From: Monocercomonoides exilis PA203
Taxonomy: Eukaryota > Protista > Preaxostyla
Direction: 5' to 3'
Length of the DNA stretch: 64,000 bases
Assembly: GCA_001643675.2 (NCBI GenBank)
Contig: LSRY02000015.1
Location: 1,426,001 to 1,490,000, forward strand
The notes beneath the pieces are model-generated. The model made no database searches. It saw only the letters and a program-made list of their open reading frames with translations, and was not told the DNA's origin. Shown piece after piece: positions 58,530 to 64,000 of this stretch (the first letter of the stretch is position 1; every line of letters starts with the position of its first letter). The translations under genes and the position numbers were made by a program.

Positions 58530-61500
58530 ATGGCCCATAAGAATCTTTCTAATATGATTCTTTTTATTTTGGCTGAGTGCTTGCGTTTGACATTTTGTGG
58601 CACAGATACAAATGATGCACAAAGGAATGGACATCTCGTTTATCAAATTCCTACTCAGTCTGAAAGTCAAATTTTGGAGAAAGAGAGTGTTGTTCAAATG
58701 TTTTGTGAAATACATAACTCATCAGTCGAATTCAAGGGGATATTGTTTGAAGGAGCAGATGATTGTATAACTTTTGACATTCAAGCAAATTCATTCCTGC
58801 ACTTTGATTACTGCATGTTGATGAGAAAAAGAGGTTTCAATAAACATTTTGTCTTCAATGAAGGAACATTTGAAATAACAAACACCACTTTGAACATCGA
58901 AAAAAGAGACAATAATTGTGATATGACAATGATGAGTCTTGTGAAGATGGAAGGAGACCATTCATCGTTGCTTGTGAGAAACAGTGAGTGGAAGAACATT
59001 GTGTTTTTCTGGAGTGGAAGCATCGTGAGAAACGGAAAAGGAAGTTTTGAAGGAATCAAAAAGTGCGTTATTTCAAACATCACAATGAAAATCATTAAAA
59101 CTGATGAAATGACATTTGAGAAAGTGTCGATGATGAAAACGAGTTCAATGGAAGATTGTCGAGTTGAAAGTTCGATGAATGTGCTGGAGGGAGGGATTGT
59201 GAGTGGAACAGAAGGATCCATTGCATTTTCTTGCAACAATTGCACATTCATTCACAATGAAAGGGTGGATTGGAGAGTGGGAAATACAGAAAGAAATTCA
59301 ACAACTCAAACACAGACATATAAGAATGCTGAATGGAATGAATGCTCTGCTCCATGTGGTGGTGCACTATATGTGCATGACAATTCGGATGCCATTCTGA
59401 CTGTTGAGAATTCAACTTTTGTGAAATGCAATGCAACTTCAACAAGAGGTGGAGGAATATTTGCTTTGAATATTGCTGAATGCCTTATGAAGCATTCAAC
59501 ATTCATTGAATGTTTCAGCTTTTCAGAAAGTCCTGGAGGCGGAGGGGCTGGAGCAGAAATAGAAGGAATGACTTCACAAGTGTTTGTTGAGGACTGCCTT
59601 TTTAAAGATGATTTGTCCGGAGATGATGCAGGAGGGTTAGGAATTTGGAGTTCAAAAACGACGAAAACAAAAGATTGTGTTTTCGGTTGTATATTCAAAA
59701 ACTGCTCTTGTCAACTGACACTTTCATCATATGGTGGAGGATTCATTCATTGGAATCCAGTAGATCGAGTGGTCGCAAGAAACTGCCATTTTGAGAATTG
59801 CCAATCAATGCAGTATGGAGGTGGAATGTGTTTAATAGTTAGTACATTTGGCCACGAAATCCTTTGGTTTTGCTTTTTCCATAACAACACTGCACCTCTT
59901 GGAAATGATATTTATGTGCACGACAATAGTCAAAGTCCCCAAACTGTCTTTTGTTATTCGACACGAACAGAAGGAGTGAGATATTTTGCATATGGAATAG
60001 ACAAAAGTGAATGGCTTCCAAACAATGGAGGAAAATGCAGATTTGTTGCTTCAACTCAAAATCAGACAAAAGCAAAAGACACATTCAGCTGTGGATTGAA
60101 TGAAAGTTGTGCATGCCTCACAATCAGTCATTGTCTGACTCAAATGATTGTGGGATTTGTGGAGGAAATCAAGGTGTTGGGTGGAACAGTTGTGGAGGGA
60201 AAGGGAGTTGATATTGGGGAGAAAACAATCTCTGTGAGTGGAGTTTCTCCAGCTGGCTCAGCTATTGAAACACAATTTGAGACAAATGGACTGAGTCTGT
60301 TTTGTGTTGGAACAGGGGAATTGACTGTGAGCGATCTGTCTGTGGTTCACAACTCGTCATTTGAAAATAACCGAAGAAGCATATTGTTTGAGGTTCAAGG
60401 GTCTGGAGGGATCAATTTGGAGAGATTGAACATATCGATGGATGCAGATCATTCAGAAGAGAGGAGCATTCAGAACTCACTTGTGAAGATGGAAGGGGGA
60501 GAGTTGAAGATGAAAGATGTGAGATGGTCACAAACATTCAGCACAACAAGTGTGATGTCTCTGCCTCAAGGATCGTCTGTGACATTGTCTCTGGATAACT
60601 GCACATTCAATAATATTGTGAGGACAACAGCAGGATCATCGCTGATGGGCGTGGGTGAAGGGTCATATTCGATAACCCTTGAGGGATGCACACTTGATGG
60701 CTGTGGGAGTGAAGACTCTGAGTTTGGAGGAGGGATGATGGTTGAAGTGGGGAATGTTGGTTCATTGAATGTGAGTGGAGGTGTTGTGAAAAACTGTTAT
60801 GCCTCAACCGTCCAAGGGAGAGGAGGAGGGATTGGGCTGAAAGTGAGAGATACAAATGCAGAGTTTCAGATTTCATCAGCATTTGAGGGGAACAGAGCCA
60901 AATGGGGAAGTGATATTTTTGTTGACTCAATCGATCTGGAAACAACAGCAAAAGGTGGGAAAATCACTTCATTGACAGCTTCGTTTGATACAAAGAGCAA
61001 AATACAAGGGTATGATAATGGAAATGATTCAATTCCAATTCCACTTTGTGTTTATTTGATTCCTTTGCCAGAAGAGATCATTGTGAGTAATGTTGATGCA
61101 TTTGATCATTCTCGTTGTGGGTTTGCCGAGTTTCCCTGTCTGACTCTGAAGCATTCTCTGACAAGGCAAATAAGTGAAAAGAAGATTGTTGTCGATGGGA
61201 TGATTGAAATGAAAAATGAGCTGACATTTGGCTCCTTCCAACACACAATCAGGGGGGAAAGATGTAAACGGTGGATGGGAGGTGAGCAATGATCCGAATG
61301 GAAGTGACGGAAGCATGATAACGGTCAGTGCAAATACGAATGTGAGTTCACTTGTTTTCTCTGTTCCATCTGTTCTTCCAAACCACGAAGCATTCTTCTG
61401 TTCCACCTCACAGTTATTTTCCCTTGACGGCTGCTCGCTGACATTTCAAGATCCCCAATCAGCATTGTCTTATGTGTTTTTATCAGCAACGGAAGGCGAT

Positions 61501-64000
61501 GTTTCAGTTTCATCGTTGAATGTCTTGTCCTTGACCATTGAGAATTGTCCGTTGATTTCTCTTGATGGAATCAATGCTGCTGGTTCATTCGCTTCCATGA
61601 ATGTTGAGGATATGAGCTCGACAGGAAATAGTGTTTTGTTTGGGATGGCGAATGGAGCATCTTTTTCGATTAAAGATTCAACACTTTCAGTGAAAGCATC
61701 TTCGCAAGCAGATTTGCCATCAGGATCCATTCGAGTAATTTCCACAAATTCAGCCAAGACGCTGAAGCTCACAAACAACACGATGAGTGGATTCAAAGGA
61801 GATGGAGGAGATGGAGGAGCAATGAAATGCACACTTGGAAGAGATTGCTCACTGGAAATTATTGGAGGGGCGATGTCTGGGTGTGAGGGCAATGGAGGAA
61901 ATGGAGGAGGATTGTGGGTTGAAATGGAAGAAGGATCATCATTCACTGTGGGAAATATGACAGATGCTGACTCAGCAAGGGCAATATTTCCAAATGATGA
62001 AAGTGATTTATTTGAACTTGTGAGCTGCAAGGCAACACAAAACACAGGTGGAGAGCACGGATATGGAGGAGGGATTTATCTTCATCTGGATGATGAGGCG
62101 AGTTCATTCATTTTGAGGGATGTTTCATTTTCTGGATGTGATGCCAGAGAGGGGAAAGAAATCTTCATTAACTCTTATGATCTATCGAGTGTGATTAGCA
62201 GAACATCGATGGGATTTGAAGTTGATTTGAATAACTTTACGAAATTGAATGGATTCGAGAGATCAACATTGAATGATGCATTTGCCATCCCGCTGGTGGT
62301 GTATCTGTGGGATAACTTTTCAGGGTCTGCCTTTGTTGGAGGAGGATCATTGAGCCATGATTTTTCGATATGTGGATATGAGTTATTTCCATGCTCCACA
62401 ATCGCGAAGGCAGCATCGGTCCATTTTGAAGGGAAGAAAAAAGACATAACCATTCTTGAATCATTTGCCTTTGAGGATGAATTGAGCTTGAGGACAGATG
62501 AATGGAACGTCAAGGCAAAACAGAATGAGATGAAATGTGAGGTTGCCGATCTGACAGAGGGAACGCAAAGTGGATTGATTGAGAACTCAGTTTCTGTGTC
62601 AATGACTAGCATTGTATTTTCTTTGATTCAATCGCTTTCATCTCATGAAAGTGTGTTTGAATGTCATTCTGAGAAACTCACACTGAACAAATGTGGGATG
62701 GAAGGAGGGATTGAGGCTATTTCAACAGTATTTGTGAGTGTTGTTGGAGGGGCTGTGGAGGTGAGTGAGTTTTCAACAATGAATATGAGAATAGAAGATT
62801 CATCGTTTTTCATTGTTGAGGGAAGTATTAATTCAAGGCCTTCAATGAACATGACAAACAGCGATTTTGGAGAAATCTCATTTGGCGATGGATGTATTGT
62901 TGAGTTCCACAACGGAAATATCGAGAAGATAACAGGATGCACATTTTCATCGATTACTCGTTCGAAGGGAAGTGGAGGGTGCATCAGCATTACGAACGAT
63001 GGTTATGATGGAAGCGATTGCAAAGTGGAAATAAATGACTGTACATTTGAAGAGTGTGCTGTTGAAGAAGAAGGAACTGAGATTGGAGGTGGTGCACTCT
63101 TTTGTGAAGCATCTTCGAAAACGAATCTTTTGATAAATTTGTGTTCGTTTTATTGTTGCACAGCTCCATATGAAGGGGAAGAAGTTGGATATGGAGGAGG
63201 AATCATGTTGAGCTTGTTGAGTGAAATGGGCGAGGCAACATTTATGATATCCTCTCCAACTTTTTCTTCTGACAAGCCAAACAATGCAAGGTTTGGGAAG
63301 GATTTGTTTGTTTCGTCTCCATCGCTTATCAGCAGTATCAAGAACGAAACCCTGCCATTTGTGAATGATCGACTGGAGATACTGACCGAAGACTCGATGA
63401 GAGGGTACGATGGAGGAAACAGAGAGTGTGCAATCCCACTGATCTATTTCTGGAAAGAGGTTGGGTCGAGTGTGCATGTGGCGAGGGAAGGAAATAATGT
63501 GGTTGTGTGTGGGCTGTTGGAGTATCCGTGCGGGTCTGTTGATTATGGGCTGAAGAGAGGGAGTGGTTTGGGGATTTGGTCGATTGCCATTCAGGGGACT
63601 TGTGATGTGAGGAATGAAATGAGTGTGAGTGGGATGAGGCTGGAAGGAACAAATGGCGAAACAGACAAAATTCAATTTGTGAAAGCGATTGAAGGAGACA
63701 AGGGCGCTGTTGTTGAATGCAAAGGAGTTGTTCAATTCAAAGAAGTGGGGATGGTGATTCCGACTGCCTTCGATAACGAGGCAAGCATCCTCATCCAGAC
63801 AGGCTCAGATGCAATCAATACGAGTATTGCAGGTTGTTCAATTCACATGAGTGATAATGCAGAAGGTGAATTGACATTTGTATTGATAAGTGCCACAAAA
63901 GGAATTGTCGAGATTGAAAAGACAAAGATGGCAGGGTTGGCATCAATGCATGAGATAATGAGCATATCAGTTGGATGTGTGATAACCATGAGCGATGTGT
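58530..64000 (+). CDS. Giant receptor-like gene 'C'; frameshifted at ~61257 (920-aa ORF) and 3'-truncated by the window
   Basis: Signal-peptide-like N-terminus and divergent first ~530 aa, then near identity to gene B. AGGGGGGAAAG (61251) vs AGGGGGAAAG in B shifts the frame; the B-like frame resumes downstream. Confidence 0.85.
60126..64000 (+). repeat. Right arm of the near-identical inverted repeat
   Basis: Pairs with 49520..53393; lengths 3875 vs 3874 nt fit the single +1 G. Confidence 0.95.

Noticed and set aside
49520-64000. Inverted arms as a pure assembly artefact
   Set aside because: The arms differ by clustered substitutions (e.g. ~62240, ~63365) and each joins in frame to a distinct N-terminus. 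Read confirmation is still needed.
1-64000. tRNA/rRNA genes
   Set aside because: None recognised by eye; tRNAscan-SE/Infernal would be needed to exclude them.

Overview
AT-rich, intron-containing eukaryotic genomic DNA in the standard genetic code. The gene families and style resemble an oxymonad/metamonad protist such as Monocercomonoides; this is my recognition, not a database result. The window has three kinds of content. (1) Three intronless giant receptor-like genes (<1..6644 +, 45921..55079 -, 58530..>64000 +) plus at least three decayed relatives. The family architecture is signal peptide, Cys-rich GGA/FxxN beta-helix modules, one TM helix and a degenerate TK/TKL-like pseudokinase; only the 45921..55079 gene shows all parts inside the window. 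The copies are mosaics: two head-to-head copies have divergent N-terminal ~530-560 aa but >99% identical inverted arms, and one arm has a G5/G6 frameshift. (2) A DNA-transposon cluster: a Merlin/IS1016-type element, a degenerate hAT element with cargo, a non-autonomous hAT with a perfect 8-bp TSD carrying a host multigene-family pseudogene, a third TIR-bounded segment enclosing a receptor pseudogene, and a foldback MITE. (3) Two housekeeping genes, a 5-exon USP40-like deubiquitinase and a 5-exon RPB7. The best candidates for an undescribed system are TIR-transposon (Pack-type) capture of expanded host gene families and a variable-tip/constant-arm, potentially invertible receptor-pseudokinase locus.
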